From Gloeobacterales cyanobacterium (GTDB taxonomy: Bacteria > Cyanobacteriota > Cyanobacteriia > Gloeobacterales > PMM-0068), in NCBI GenBank assembly GCA_038245785.1, contig JBBRSB010000001.1, positions 64,001 to 128,000 of the forward strand: 64,000 bases of DNA, read 5' to 3'. Each line of letters starts with the position of its first letter. The first letter of the stretch is position 1. The translations under genes and the position numbers were made by a program. The notes under the pieces are model-generated. The model had not been told where the DNA came from, did not search any database, and saw only the letters and a list, made by a program, of their open reading frames with translations. Shown piece after piece: positions 49,051-60,179 of this stretch.

Positions 49051-49353
49051 TTAGTAACGAGGACGCTGTTCACGCCGTCCGCCACCACCGCTACCACCAC
49101 CGCTGCGTTGCTCGCGGGGCTGCGCTTTGTTAATACGAAGCTGCCTACCGTCAAATTCAACACCGTCAAATTCCTGAATAGCAGCGTCTTCCTGCTTATC
49201 ATCCTCTAGTTCTACAAAAGCAAAACCTCTGGGACGACCAGATTCACGGTCAGTGGGGATACTTATAGACTTTACAGGTCCTATCTCCTCGAACATCTCG
49301 CGGATATCGGACTCACGGGCACGAAAGGGAAGATTCCCTACAAAAAGGGTCAT
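49051..49353 (-). CDS. rbp: RRM RNA-binding protein with Gly-rich tail (Rbp family)
   Basis: RNP2 LFVGNL, RNP1 RGFAFVEL. Confidence 0.93.
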   Translation of the reverse strand: MTLFVGNLPFRARESDIREMFEEIGPVKSISIPTDRESGRPRGFAFVELEDDKQEDAAIQEFDGVEFDGRQLRINKAQPREQRSGGGSGGGGRREQRPRY

Positions 49354-49602
49354 GGTCAACTAGCCTACTATGGTCTCGTTTATTCTAGACCAGATCTTTT
49401 CAAAATTAGCGAGTTTTGTTCTGGTTATTTTAGATTTCTTGCTAGAAGACCTTTCATTTCAAGAGTGATTTTTATTGGCTTTAAATTATCTCCTTACACC
49501 TTAGAAATGTATCCGGTGACACGAATTCGCGGTTGCTCTGATATTCCTGCAAGAAGATAAATATCCCTCCTGCAGAGCTTTTCGGGCAGTAGAAAACGCA
49601 CA

Positions 49603-50166
49603 TTACAAAGATGGAAATTCTGTCTTTAATGCAGCCAGCAATGTAGTAATTTGGTCTTGATTGATACGATAGATCAGATAGTTTCCCCGACGGCGTGGAG
49701 CACTGGCAGGTAGGGGTTGCCCCGCTTCGATACAGAAATCTTCAAAAAACGTTCGCAATTCCAATGCCACATAGCAATCTTTTCCCTCTTGAGCTTCCAC
49801 CGCTTGACTATTTTCTAGGGCTCCATAGAGGGCGCGGGCCTGTTTACCCTGTAGAAAGTCGTATTCCTGGATGGCAATCGCCTGCATAAGGTAGCGCGCT
49901 TGACCGTAGGGCAGCTTAAGCCTACGGACTAAGGTTTTAACCTGGGGCATTTCCTGGGGAAGAACAGAGCGATAGAGGTCTACTACCCGTTTGCGGGTCC
50001 ATTCAGAGATAGAAAGGGGGCGCTCTTCTCCTCGAATCCAGGCGCAGTATTCCTGGACAGCCAGCGCCAAGAGGTGTTCCATCTGGTCCGGCGTGGGGTT
50101 CGGCTTGCCCGTGAGACTGACCAAGGCATCTTCTAAATCTTTGTGGAGGGGAGCAGAAAGTTTCAT
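49603..50166 (-). CDS. Hypothetical protein
   Basis: 187-aa ATG ORF filling the gap; family not recognised. Confidence 0.65.
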   Translation of the reverse strand: MKLSAPLHKDLEDALVSLTGKPNPTPDQMEHLLALAVQEYCAWIRGEERPLSISEWTRKRVVDLYRSVLPQEMPQVKTLVRRLKLPYGQARYLMQAIAIQEYDFLQGKQARALYGALENSQAVEAQEGKDCYVALELRTFFEDFCIEAGQPLPASAPRRRGNYLIYRINQDQITTLLAALKTEFPSL

Positions 50167-50393
50167 GGCTGGAGGCAGAGCGCAACAGAAAAGTTATAAC
50201 CCCTTTCTCCAAGAAACACTACCCATAGAGTTAAATCTGCATTAACTACTATCTGTAGGGAGTGTTGAGAACCTGTAAGGAGGTCATCTATACGGATTGG
50301 CGCAGCGGTCCATGTATTGCAAAATGTGTACGAGTCTGACGAGGATAAAGAGGCGATGATAATTTCTTAGATAGTCTTCATGTTAAGAAAACT

Positions 50394-50588
50394 ATGGCTC
50401 TTGAGAAAAATGCTAAAGTGCGCGTCCTACGTAAAGAATCTTATTGGTTCAATGATGTGGGCACCGTCGTCTCTATTGACCAGAAGACGACTTCTATCTA
50501 CCCAGTTACGGTACGTTTTGAGCGGGTTAATTACTCCAACCTCAACACCAACAACTTTGGCGTGGAAGAACTTGAAACGGTCCGTTAG
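50394..50588 (+). CDS. psaE: Photosystem I subunit IV
   Basis: [28 protein letters not shown]. Confidence 0.95.
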   Translation: MALEKNAKVRVLRKESYWFNDVGTVVSIDQKTTSIYPVTVRFERVNYSNLNTNNFGVEELETVR

Positions 50589-51421
50589 TGCCTGAACTTC
50601 CAGAGGTTGAAACGGTCCGGCGGGGATTAATCACTTCTCTGGTAGGCCAAAAGGTTACTGCGGTTGAAGTGCTTCGGCCGCAATCTATTGGCTCCCCTAC
50701 CCCCGTAGATTTTGTGAAAAATTTGCTGGGGCATGTTTTCTTAGATGTGTCGCGCAGAGGCAAGTATCTCCTGATTCATCTGGACCAGGGGGCGCATTTG
50801 GGAATTCATCTGAGAATGTCTGGTCGCTTGTTGGTGACTGCAGCAGACCAGCCTCTGGGTCCCCATGTGCGGGTGCGGATCTTGCTGGAACAGAATAGGG
50901 AACTGCGTTTTGAAGACATGAGGGTATTTGGACGGCTTTGGTATGTGCCCCAAGGGAAAGCTATAGAATCTGTGATCACGGGGCTGCAGCATTTAGGACC
51001 AGAGCCTTTGGCCAATTTTTCTGGCAAAGACTTGGAGATTCGTCTCAAAAAACGGACCCAGCCAATCAAGACTGTCCTCCTAGACCAAAGAGTCGTGGCG
51101 GGGATTGGCAATATCTATGCCGATGAGTCGCTTTTTGGGGCCAAGATTAATCCGCTGAAACCCGCTCAGTCTCTAACTATAGAAGAACTTGACACCCTGG
51201 CCACCGTGATCCAATCAACCCTAAATCGCGCCATAGAGCTGGGCGGTTCTACGTTGAGGGACTACACCGATAGTCGTGGCGTAAACGGAAACTATCAAGA
51301 AGAAGCTTGGGTCTATGCTCGTAAAGGAGCTCCCTGCCGCACCTGTGGAACCCTGGTGGAAAGAATACGTCTTGCAGGGCGTTCTACCCACTTCTGCCCC
51401 TACTGCCAGCCTCTGAACTAG
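50588..51421 (+). CDS. mutM: Formamidopyrimidine-DNA glycosylase
   Basis: MPELPEVE, HLRMSG, GIGNIYADE, C-terminal zinc finger. Confidence 0.96.
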   Translation: MPELPEVETVRRGLITSLVGQKVTAVEVLRPQSIGSPTPVDFVKNLLGHVFLDVSRRGKYLLIHLDQGAHLGIHLRMSGRLLVTAADQPLGPHVRVRILLEQNRELRFEDMRVFGRLWYVPQGKAIESVITGLQHLGPEPLANFSGKDLEIRLKKRTQPIKTVLLDQRVVAGIGNIYADESLFGAKINPLKPAQSLTIEELDTLATVIQSTLNRAIELGGSTLRDYTDSRGVNGNYQEEAWVYARKGAPCRTCGTLVERIRLAGRSTHFCPYCQPLN

Positions 51422-51559
51422 GGTGTAGAATACGCTTAATGAGCCGCTCCTGCCTGTTTAAAAGTATGCATCTCCAAAAGAAGTACAATCCCCCCTGTCT
51501 CAGCACGGGCGCGCCTTCGCCTTTCTATCTGCACGCAAGCTTAGAGGTTGTACAGATCC

Positions 51560-53344
51560 ATGGCTAATGTTTCCGCCCCAGTCTTAGAGCCTCAAGAAGA
51601 GTTTCAGGTTCCGGCGCAGCCCAGAGTGGTTAGTTTCGGGTCTAGAGCCTGTGCGGCCCTAGTCGATGCCGCTATCGTCATTGCCATTCCCTATCTTTTA
51701 GCCTGTGCTGGATTTGTAGCCATCGATGGTGCCAGTAGTTTACTTAACGGCAAGCCTTTTGCGCTCGACAAAGCAGTTCAACAAGTGCTCTTCCCAGAGC
51801 AACTGTGGAAAACGATTGGTTCGATTGAACCCGTTCTCACCGCCCAGAATCGGGATGCTCTCCTAGGACAACTAGCGGTTGCCGCGCAGCCCTTTCTGAA
51901 CGTCATGGCCGTGACCAGCGTTTTATCCCTTGTCTTTTTTGCGTTTAACCATTTAATGCTGCCCAGCATTGATGGTCAGTCAATTGGGAAAAAACTGGCT
52001 GGGCTCAGGATTGTACAGGAGGATGGAAATCCCCTCAGTCTGAGTCGTCTTTTTCTACGCAATGTGGTGGGCTACGGCCTTTCGAGCATCTTCTTGGTGG
52101 GCTACCTGTTTGCATTGGTGGACCCACAAAGGCGAGCTTGGCACGACTACATCAGCAAAACCAGAGTGGTCTGGGATTCCAAAGATACGGCGCTAAGAGG
52201 AGGTTTTATTTCCTCTTTCATGTTCCATCTCTTGGCCGTGTCCTCATCGATTCTGGTGATCTATTTCCTCAAATTCTTGATCTTGTGGCTGAAAGCTATA
52301 GGCTTACCGATTCCAGCCCTAACCACGCCACCCACTCAATACGATCCAGTGGAATACACGCTCTCCAACGCGGCCAAGCCTCCTAAAACAGAGCGCAGAT
52401 CTAATGCAAATTCTGTGGCTGGAGGAAAGCGCAATCCTAAATTAGTTGTATCTCCAGGTCGTCCTAGCGCCGCTAAAGCAGCGCAGCCAAAGGCTTCCAA
52501 GCAGCCTGTTGCCAAGAGTGAGCCTGAGCCAGCTCCCAAGGCAGCGCCTAAAGTAGAGAAGATTAAAAAAGTAGAACCTCCTAAGCCTCGTCGTCCGGTC
52601 GTAGTCCGCCAGAAGGCTCCCGAGCCTAAGCGCGAAGAGCCGAAGCCCTTGGTTCGTCAAGAGCCTGAACCAAAACCAAAGCCTAAGGTTGCTGAAACGC
52701 CTAAGCCAAAACCAACCCCTCCAGCGAAGCAAGAAGAAACGCCTACTGCCCCTCCCCAACCTGTAGCCAGTAAGCCAGAACCTGCTCCGCCAGAGCCAAC
52801 GCCTCCAGAGCCGAGCGAACAAACTGAACCGACGGAGGAAGCTCCACAACCGCGTACTACCAGAAGATCTACCGTGGGCGGTTCTGGTTTAGCAGAGGGA
52901 CGGAGAACCCGTAGGTCATCCAATTCTTCTGCTCTAGGTGGCCCCCTTGCCCGCAGTTCTGGCTCTGGAGCTGGAGGGGTCGGGAATTCCGACTTGTTCA
53001 ATCCGGACCGGGATGGTCCGGGAGAGGGCATTGATGCGGCGAAGGACGTAGACTTCGGTCCCTATATGGCTGAGTTGCAGCGTCGGGTAAAACGTAACTG
53101 GATTCCTCCAGAGCAGGGAAATTCACGCCGCAGTGTGCTGCGTTTCAGTATAAGTCGCAATGGAGAAGTATCCAACTTAAGGGTGGGTAAGAGTTCTGGC
53201 AATCCAGACTCCGATGCAGCGGCTATGGATGCGGTACGTAGAGCAGCCCCTTTCCGCGCCTTACCTACTGCCTATAAACAACGCAACATCGATATCCAGT
53301 TCACCTTCGATATCAATGTCTTTGGTGGAGATGTGACAAACTAA
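51560..53344 (+). CDS. RDD-domain / TonB-family fusion protein
   Basis: RACAALVD, GQSIGKK..GLRIV, RRAWHD (RDD); S.MFH TM, Pro-rich linker, YMAELQRRVKRNWIPP...AAPF (TonB C-terminal). Confidence 0.8.
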   Translation: MANVSAPVLEPQEEFQVPAQPRVVSFGSRACAALVDAAIVIAIPYLLACAGFVAIDGASSLLNGKPFALDKAVQQVLFPEQLWKTIGSIEPVLTAQNRDALLGQLAVAAQPFLNVMAVTSVLSLVFFAFNHLMLPSIDGQSIGKKLAGLRIVQEDGNPLSLSRLFLRNVVGYGLSSIFLVGYLFALVDPQRRAWHDYISKTRVVWDSKDTALRGGFISSFMFHLLAVSSSILVIYFLKFLILWLKAIGLPIPALTTPPTQYDPVEYTLSNAAKPPKTERRSNANSVAGGKRNPKLVVSPGRPSAAKAAQPKASKQPVAKSEPEPAPKAAPKVEKIKKVEPPKPRRPVVVRQKAPEPKREEPKPLVRQEPEPKPKPKVAETPKPKPTPPAKQEETPTAPPQPVASKPEPAPPEPTPPEPSEQTEPTEEAPQPRTTRRSTVGGSGLAEGRRTRRSSNSSALGGPLARSSGSGAGGVGNSDLFNPDRDGPGEGIDAAKDVDFGPYMAELQRRVKRNWIPPEQGNSRRSVLRFSISRNGEVSNLRVGKSSGNPDSDAAAMDAVRRAAPFRALPTAYKQRNIDIQFTFDINVFGGDVTN

Positions 53345-53416
53345 GTAACTAGGTGGAATTAAGAAGACCCCCTATAGTCCCCCTACCCTCCAGGAAGGCT
53401 TTGCCTGGTGCAAGGG

Positions 53417-53450
53417 GGACGGCGATAGCCGGGGGTTCTTAAGCCCACCC
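53417..53450 (+). repeat. Dispersed intergenic repeat, copy 1
   Basis: GGACGGCGATAGCCGGGGG...TTAAGCCCACCC; second copy at 61404. Confidence 0.7.
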
Positions 53451-53452
53451 AC

Positions 53453-55084
53453 TTATCTGCGCTCTACAGACTCTTTTGCAGGCAGAGGTATTTTTTGCCA
53501 GCCTTTCTTGGAGATACCAGAATGGGCTACCCATTGCGGGTTCTGGCTCGGGTAATCCCGGCGAAAATGGGCTCCTCGGCTCTCTGTGCGCTGTAGAGCA
53601 CTCTGGACGGTCAAAGCACCTAAGGTTAGCAGATTCCAAACTTCCAGGCCTTCGCGGGTCAGTGCACTGTCTCCATAGATGGGAGCTTGCGCCTCTAAAT
53701 CCATCCCCATCTCTTCCATCCAAACACGGATAGCCTCTGCTGCTTGCCGTAATCCTTCCTCATCTCGCACCAATCCTAGGGATTTGCTCATTAGCCTGGG
53801 CAAAATGCTTCGGATATGGTGCATAGAAGACTGTTCGGCCTTCTTGAGGGGCTTAGGCATAGGGGTTGGAGGCTCTGGATAGTCTTCTATGGAGTGAGGG
53901 ACTTCAGTGACAGACAGGGCAATGCGACGGGCAAAGACAAGACATTCCAGGAGTGAATTGCTGGCCAGGCGATTGGCTCCATGTACGCCTGTACTCGCCA
54001 CTTCTCCCACGGCATAGAGCCCCGGCACAGAAGTTTTTCCCCATAAATCCGTAGCTACTCCGCCCATAGTGTAGTGGGCTGCAGGAGCTACAGGAATCAG
54101 GTCTTTCAATACATCCAAACCAAAATGCTTACAGACCTGACGGATGGTCGGAAAACGTCGCTCAATCACTGCTTGACCGAGGGGACGAAAATCAATCCAA
54201 ACCATGTCCGAGCCTGTTTTTTGCAATTGAGAAAAGATAGCTCGGCTGACTACGTCTCGGGGAGCTAGTTCTCCAGCGTCGTGATAGTCCTTCATGAATC
54301 GGTAGCCTTGGATGTCGAGCAGATGAGCTCCCTCTCCGCGCACGGCTTCGCTAATCAAAAAACGGGGTGCCCCTTCCAGACACAATGCCGTGGGGTGGAA
54401 CTGAATAAACTCCAAGTCTTGTAGCAGGGCTCCCGCCCGGTAGGCAATGGCCTGACCATCGCCCGTACATACGGGGGGATTGGTCGTATGGCTAAAAAGA
54501 CGGCCAAATCCGCCAGCAGCTAACACAGTGACGGCAGTTGCTAAAACTTCCGTCCCTTGAGCGGTATAGATATAAACTCCACGGCAGTGCCTCTGACCAT
54601 CGGCACCCTCCACCCTCCAGAGGTCAAGGGCCAACGCTTCCTCGAAAATAGTCAAATTCTTACGCAACAAAATTTCTTCAATCAAGGCCCGAATCAGTTC
54701 CTTGCCCGTGGCATCGGCTGCATGCAGGATACGAGGTCGAGAATGGGCTGCTTCTAAAGTAACGGCAAGACGGCCTTGATAACGGTCAAAGGCTACACCC
54801 AAGTCTAAGAGTTCTTGGATGCGGGCAGGGGCTTCTTCAACGAGGATTCTGACAGCATCGATCTCACATAAGCCAGCCCCTGCCTTTAAAGTGTCCTCTT
54901 CGTGAAGCAAGAAAGAATCGTCCGGTTCCGTGACCGCTGCAATGCCTCCCTGTGCCCATTGACTGGCTGAGATCTGGAGATTTTCTTTTGTAACAAGCGC
55001 AATATTCCAGTGTTCCGGGAGTTTGAGGGCCGTGTAGAGCCCAGCGGCCCCGGTGCCAATGATCACCGCATCAAATTTCTGCAT
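53453..55084 (-). CDS. nadB: L-aspartate oxidase
   Basis: SQWAQGGIAA, EAAHSRPRILH, QFHPT, HGANRLASNSLLE. Confidence 0.96.
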   Translation of the reverse strand: MQKFDAVIIGTGAAGLYTALKLPEHWNIALVTKENLQISASQWAQGGIAAVTEPDDSFLLHEEDTLKAGAGLCEIDAVRILVEEAPARIQELLDLGVAFDRYQGRLAVTLEAAHSRPRILHAADATGKELIRALIEEILLRKNLTIFEEALALDLWRVEGADGQRHCRGVYIYTAQGTEVLATAVTVLAAGGFGRLFSHTTNPPVCTGDGQAIAYRAGALLQDLEFIQFHPTALCLEGAPRFLISEAVRGEGAHLLDIQGYRFMKDYHDAGELAPRDVVSRAIFSQLQKTGSDMVWIDFRPLGQAVIERRFPTIRQVCKHFGLDVLKDLIPVAPAAHYTMGGVATDLWGKTSVPGLYAVGEVASTGVHGANRLASNSLLECLVFARRIALSVTEVPHSIEDYPEPPTPMPKPLKKAEQSSMHHIRSILPRLMSKSLGLVRDEEGLRQAAEAIRVWMEEMGMDLEAQAPIYGDSALTREGLEVWNLLTLGALTVQSALQRTESRGAHFRRDYPSQNPQWVAHSGISKKGWQKIPLPAKESVERR

Positions 55085-55240
55085 TGAACCATTCTACGAG
55101 TTTGGCCACGAGTCCGGTCTACGGAGTCACTAAGTAAACAGATTCAGCACCTATAGATTCTGGTGTTCATCGGCTAGCTGAATCGCGGATCTCATACCAT
55201 AGAGAGAGAAGGCACACGCTTGCATTGCTAGGAGAAATTC

Positions 55241-56209
55241 ATGGTGTCCCCCGCTGTTTCTACGTTTTCCCCCTCATTGAACCTGTTCCAAGAAATTGAT
55301 CGGTTGAAAAGGGAAATGAATGCTGTGATCCTGGCCCATTACTACCAAGAGCCAGACATCCAGGATATTGCAGACTATATGGGAGATTCTTTGGGCTTAG
55401 CCCGGCAAGCGGCGGATACCCGTGCCGAGGTAATCGTCTTTTGCGGTGTGCACTTCATGGCAGAAACTGCCAAAATTCTTAACCCCACCAAACAGGTCTT
55501 GCTGCCGGATCTAGATGCAGGCTGCTCCCTGGCCGAGGGCTGTCCAGAAGACCAGTTTGCCGCTTTCTGTAAAGAGCATCCAGACCATACGGTGATTAGC
55601 TATGTCAACTGCACCGCAGGCGTCAAAGCCCTCAGTGACATTATTTGCACTTCCTCCAACGCAGTCGCCATTGTCAATCAAATTCCTAAAGACAAACCGA
55701 TTATTTTTGGGCCTGACAAAAACTTGGGTCGCTATGTGATGGAACAGACGGGCAGAGAGATGCTGCTTTGGCCTGGGTCCTGCATTGTGCATGAGATGTT
55801 TTCTGAGAAGAAGTTACTCCAACTCAAAGTCCAATACCCAGAAGCTGAAGTGATTGCCCACCCCGAATGTGAAGAGCCAGTTTTGCGCCATGCTGACTTC
55901 ATCGCTTCCACTACGGGCCTTTTGCGGTACACCCAGCGCAGTGCCAAGAGTAGCTTTATCGTAGTGACAGAAGCAGGAATTATCCATCAAATGCAGCAAG
56001 CCTCTCCCCGCAAAAAGTTCATTCCTGCTCCTCCCAATAACCAATGCGCCTGCAACGAATGCCCCTACATGCGGCTTAATACGTTGGAGAAAGTCTATCT
56101 CTGCATGAAAAATCGTACGCCAGAGATTGTGATGGAGGAATCTATTCGTGTGAAGGCTCTGGCCCCCATTCAAAAAATGCTAGACATGAGTCTTTCAACG
56201 GCAAGTTGA
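55241..56209 (+). CDS. nadA: Quinolinate synthase
   Basis: [32 protein letters not shown]. Confidence 0.97.
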   Translation: MVSPAVSTFSPSLNLFQEIDRLKREMNAVILAHYYQEPDIQDIADYMGDSLGLARQAADTRAEVIVFCGVHFMAETAKILNPTKQVLLPDLDAGCSLAEGCPEDQFAAFCKEHPDHTVISYVNCTAGVKALSDIICTSSNAVAIVNQIPKDKPIIFGPDKNLGRYVMEQTGREMLLWPGSCIVHEMFSEKKLLQLKVQYPEAEVIAHPECEEPVLRHADFIASTTGLLRYTQRSAKSSFIVVTEAGIIHQMQQASPRKKFIPAPPNNQCACNECPYMRLNTLEKVYLCMKNRTPEIVMEESIRVKALAPIQKMLDMSLSTAS

Positions 56210-56251
56210 GGAATATGTCACAATCATCTCGAAGCATTGTGTAGGTGAACG

Positions 56252-57562
56252 TTGACCCGCGTTATTTTGGTTCGTCATGGACAGAGTAATTGGAACGAAC
56301 GGGGTCTGATTCAAGGCCGCAAGGACGAATCTATCTTGACCGCTAAAGGTCTTGAGCAGGCTCTTAGCGTGGCGCGGGCACTGAAGACGGTGTCGATTGA
56401 CCAGTGCTTTTCCAGCCCGCTACAGCGGGCGCGTGAAACCGCACGGACCGCCGTAGAAAGTCACGGCCTAGAACCAAAATTCTTAGACAGTCTGTGCGAG
56501 ATTAACCTCACTTCTTGGGAGGGACTGGCCCATCAAGACGTAAAGACACAACAACCGGAGGTCCATGCTCAGTGGCACCATCATCCTGAAACTTTTGAAT
56601 TGGATGGCCGTCTGCCTGTTGTAGAACTGTGGCAACAGGCCCAGGTCGCCTGGGAAGCTATTTTTGCCCGTGCCCAAGAACTGCCTGAACGGGCCGGACG
56701 CAAAACTCTCCTGGTAGTGGCCCATAATGCCATCAACCAAGCCTTGCTCTGCACAGCACTGGGACTACCGCCCAGTGCTTTCCGCCGTTTCCAGCAAGAC
56801 AATGCGGGGATCAGTGTCCTATCTTTCCCTGAGAAAGGTCCTGTAGTGCTGGAATCGATGAATCAGACCGCCCACAATGGGCAACCTTTTCCCCGACGGA
56901 AAGAGAAAGGAGGAAGAATTCTTCTGATCCGTCATGGCGAAACCGATTGGAACCGGGCAGAACGTTTCCAAGGACAAATTGATATTCCCTTGAATGAACA
57001 GGGAATGGCCCAAGCGGAAAAGGCCGGAGAATTTTTGAAAGGCACGCAGCTTGATTTAGCCTTTTGCAGTCCTTTGTCTCGCCCTCTAGAGACCTGTAAA
57101 ACGGTGCTTGCTCATCATGGAGAAGTTCCCTTAACCCTGATAGATGACCTGCAAGAAATTTCCCATGGACTCTGGGAAGGAAAACTCAAAGAAGAGATTC
57201 AAGCTCAATTTCCTGGAGCCCTAGAACAGTGGGCTCAAACGCCCCAAGTCGTCCAGATGCCTGAAGGAGAAAATCTGCAACAGGTATGGGAGCGCTCTTT
57301 GCGGGCATGGCAGGATTTAGTAGAAAAAACAGGAGACCATACGGCGCTGGTTGCCGCCCACGATGCTATCAATAAAGCGATTGTGGCTGGGGTTTTAGGC
57401 TTACCCCCTGCTTCTTTTTGGACTTTTAAACAGGGCAATGGGGCGGTGACCATCTTTGACTATCCCGATGGTCCTCAAGGAAAGCCCGTTCTGGCTGCGG
57501 TCAACCTGACCTCTCACCTGGGCGGAGGGATTTTTGACTGTACGGCAGCGGGTGCGCTGTAG
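56252..57562 (+). CDS. Two-domain histidine phosphatase (cyanobacterial phosphoserine-phosphatase type)
   Basis: Two RHG motifs (VRHGQS, IRHGET); C-terminus ...TAAGAL. Confidence 0.88.
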   Translation: MTRVILVRHGQSNWNERGLIQGRKDESILTAKGLEQALSVARALKTVSIDQCFSSPLQRARETARTAVESHGLEPKFLDSLCEINLTSWEGLAHQDVKTQQPEVHAQWHHHPETFELDGRLPVVELWQQAQVAWEAIFARAQELPERAGRKTLLVVAHNAINQALLCTALGLPPSAFRRFQQDNAGISVLSFPEKGPVVLESMNQTAHNGQPFPRRKEKGGRILLIRHGETDWNRAERFQGQIDIPLNEQGMAQAEKAGEFLKGTQLDLAFCSPLSRPLETCKTVLAHHGEVPLTLIDDLQEISHGLWEGKLKEEIQAQFPGALEQWAQTPQVVQMPEGENLQQVWERSLRAWQDLVEKTGDHTALVAAHDAINKAIVAGVLGLPPASFWTFKQGNGAVTIFDYPDGPQGKPVLAAVNLTSHLGGGIFDCTAAGAL

Positions 57563-57671
57563 ATAGCTCCTTTGTGGGATCGCCCTCAAGGCTGGGGAAA
57601 TATAAAACAGCGCTGTAGGCTTATAGCCAAGAGAAACGGTTAAATTAGGAACAGCATAACTACGAGGTCTT

Positions 57672-58328
57672 ATGCTCGAAGCGATCCAGCCTTATCTGGA
57701 AACCTATGGTTACTGGGTAATTGCTCTTATTATTCTTTTAGAAAATGCTGGAGTGCCGCTGCCGGGCGAAACAACACTGATCCTTGGAGGTGTTCTAGCT
57801 AACCAGGGTGCGCTTAGTCTTCCCTTAGTGCTCTTAGCAGCCATTACCGGAGCAATTATTGGGGATAACTGCGGTTACTTTATTGGCCGACGCTATGGGC
57901 GGGGCTTAGTCCTTAAGTTTGGCAAGAATTTTGGTCTTTCTCCAGCAAAATTCGCTAAAGCGGAGGAAGGATTTCTAAAAAATAGCGCTTGGGCTGTATT
58001 TTTTGGTCGTTTTATCGTTCTTCTAAGAGTTTTAGCTGGTCCACTGGCAGGGATCACCCAAATGCCCTGGCCCAAATTTTTCTTGTTCAACGCTATGGGC
58101 GCCATCGCTTGGGCCAGTGCTATTGGAACAGCAAGTTATATCTTTGGTCAGCAGGTAGAAACCTTCTTCAAAGACTTGGGTATTTGGGCTTTAGTGATTA
58201 CGGTGGTGCTGGTAATTGGATTCTCTGTAACGCGTACCTACTTTGAAGAACGCAAGCTAGAACAAGAAATTAAGGAAGCGGAAAAAAAAGATGAAACCGT
58301 AGCTCCCCCTGAGAAAATTTCTAAGTAG
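57672..58328 (+). CDS. dedA: DedA-family membrane protein
   Basis: ENAGVPLPGE, GDNCGY, FFGRF..LR. Confidence 0.92.
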   Translation: MLEAIQPYLETYGYWVIALIILLENAGVPLPGETTLILGGVLANQGALSLPLVLLAAITGAIIGDNCGYFIGRRYGRGLVLKFGKNFGLSPAKFAKAEEGFLKNSAWAVFFGRFIVLLRVLAGPLAGITQMPWPKFFLFNAMGAIAWASAIGTASYIFGQQVETFFKDLGIWALVITVVLVIGFSVTRTYFEERKLEQEIKEAEKKDETVAPPEKISK

Positions 58329-58352
58329 CTTAGGCCTGTGAGGAGTGCGCAA

Positions 58353-58619
58353 ATGCCGTGGTTTGCCAAAATTGAACGAGGGATTGTAGACAAACCGATC
58401 TTTGACCGGCATGTGGCTGCGCACAAAGAGTATGTACAACAATTAAATGAAAAGGGTCACCATGCCCGCACCGGATATTGGAGAGAACGCGGCGGTGGCA
58501 TGTTGCTATTCGAGGCCGCTTCTATGGATGAAGCCCTGGCCATCGTCGCCCAAGACCCTCTTGTAGAGAGTGGTTGTGTAGAATATCAATTGCACGAATG
58601 GGTGGTAGTCGTTGAATAG
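58353..58619 (+). CDS. YciI-family protein
   Basis: AHKEYV, GGGMLLF, DPLV. Confidence 0.85.
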   Translation: MPWFAKIERGIVDKPIFDRHVAAHKEYVQQLNEKGHHARTGYWRERGGGMLLFEAASMDEALAIVAQDPLVESGCVEYQLHEWVVVVE

Positions 58620-58628
58620 CTGAAACCT

Positions 58629-59777
58629 TCAAATACTAACCACCGTTCTTAAAACTGCCAATAGTTTTTCTATTTCCCAAGGCTCATTAAAGTAGTGCAC
58701 AGAAGCCCTAAAGCATAGAGGCTGTGGGATCATCCGTACATAAACTTTTTGAGCTTCTAACTGTTGAACGATGCGAATCAGTTCTTTAGGAGTAGTGAGG
58801 GCAGGTGCATGCCAACAGACCAATCCAGCCTCCGGGGCTTCAGAGTGAATCGGCTCCAGTCCAGGAATATCTTGCAACCCTAACCAGAGTTGCTTCGCTA
58901 ATTCCAGAATCCTTGCGTATCGCTCTTCCCTCGTCCCAAAGGATTGATGCAGCTTGAGAGACTGTGCCAGCCCAAAAAATAATTCACTGGGCAAGGTTGC
59001 CACTTCGAAGCGTTGCCCATTCTTATACCAGGGAAAAGGTTCTACATAGGCAGAAGCACTGCGCCATCCCACATAGGTAGGCCGGATCTGTTCTAAAATC
59101 TCTGGCCGAATATAGAGATAGCCAATTCCTGCTGGCCCCATCCACCACTTATGGCAGGTAGACCCATAAAAATCCACACCACATTCCTCAAAGGCAGCGG
59201 GGATCACCCCTGAACTTTGGGCTCCATCCCAAAGCACCAGTGCTCCCTGTTTGCGACAAACTGCTGTAATTTCTTTAATCGGCAGAACCTGGCCTGTATT
59301 CCAGAGGACATGAGAGAGGAGAATCAATTTTGTATTTGGCTTCAATGCTTGTTCAATCGCTGTCACAGGGTCTTGAGCGCCCAAGAGGTCGAACTTTTGT
59401 ATTTCCAAGTTATATCGTTGAGCCACGGCATGGGCAGGCAGAAAGGCTCCCGGATGTTCACAGTCTGAAATCATCAGCCCATCTCCGGCCTGCCAGTCTA
59501 AGCCCCACAGGGGGATATTCATGCTGTGGCTGGTACTTTCCGTAAAACTCAGAGCGTCAGGACTACAGCCCAAAGAGTCGGCCAAAAGCGAGCGGGTCTG
59601 GGTAATCTGCCCTGTGATCCACTGTTCGGCCTCCATCGAAAAAGGTCCCCGCCGCTGGACGGCTCGATAGGCTGCGCTAATCGCCTCGATGGTCGATTCA
59701 GGCAGTAATCCCTGACCACCATGATTAAAATACAGCCGATTTTCTAGGGTTAATTCAGTCCTGAAGGGATGGGGCAT
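58629..59777 (-). CDS. Class V PLP enzyme (cyanobacterial cysteine/cystine lyase type)
   Basis: YFNHGGQG, SHVLWNTG, DGAQS, HKW. Confidence 0.85.
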   Translation of the reverse strand: MPHPFRTELTLENRLYFNHGGQGLLPESTIEAISAAYRAVQRRGPFSMEAEQWITGQITQTRSLLADSLGCSPDALSFTESTSHSMNIPLWGLDWQAGDGLMISDCEHPGAFLPAHAVAQRYNLEIQKFDLLGAQDPVTAIEQALKPNTKLILLSHVLWNTGQVLPIKEITAVCRKQGALVLWDGAQSSGVIPAAFEECGVDFYGSTCHKWWMGPAGIGYLYIRPEILEQIRPTYVGWRSASAYVEPFPWYKNGQRFEVATLPSELFFGLAQSLKLHQSFGTREERYARILELAKQLWLGLQDIPGLEPIHSEAPEAGLVCWHAPALTTPKELIRIVQQLEAQKVYVRMIPQPLCFRASVHYFNEPWEIEKLLAVLRTVVSI

Positions 59778-59874
59778 AAGCTATGAGAAAATGAAAGGAA
59801 TCCAGAGTACGATAGAGAAGCGGCTAATCACCGGAAAACCCGTCGGAATTAGAGTGATTGAGGGTACCTCGTTC

Positions 59875-60147
59875 ATGGTTAAGGTTATCATCCCCGCCCC
59901 CTTGCGGCGCTATGCTCAAGAACAAGAATCCCTTGACCTAGAAGGGCACACCGTCCAAGAGGTTCTTGCCAATCTCATCGGCACCTATGGTGACTTGAAA
60001 AAGCATCTCTACACGGAAGAAGGTAAACTGAGAAACTTCGTCAACGTCTATGTCAACGACGAAGATATCCGGCATCTGCAGCAGGAAAAAACTCCGATTA
60101 CAGAAGGTGCCACCGTTAGCATCGTGCCTTCTATCGCTGGCGGTTAA
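59875..60147 (+). CDS. MoaD/ThiS-family sulfur carrier
   Basis: FVNVYVNDEDIR; C-terminal AGG. Confidence 0.9.
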   Translation: MVKVIIPAPLRRYAQEQESLDLEGHTVQEVLANLIGTYGDLKKHLYTEEGKLRNFVNVYVNDEDIRHLQQEKTPITEGATVSIVPSIAGG

Positions 60148-60179
60148 TTTTCGACTCCTAACTAAGATTTAGAATACTC

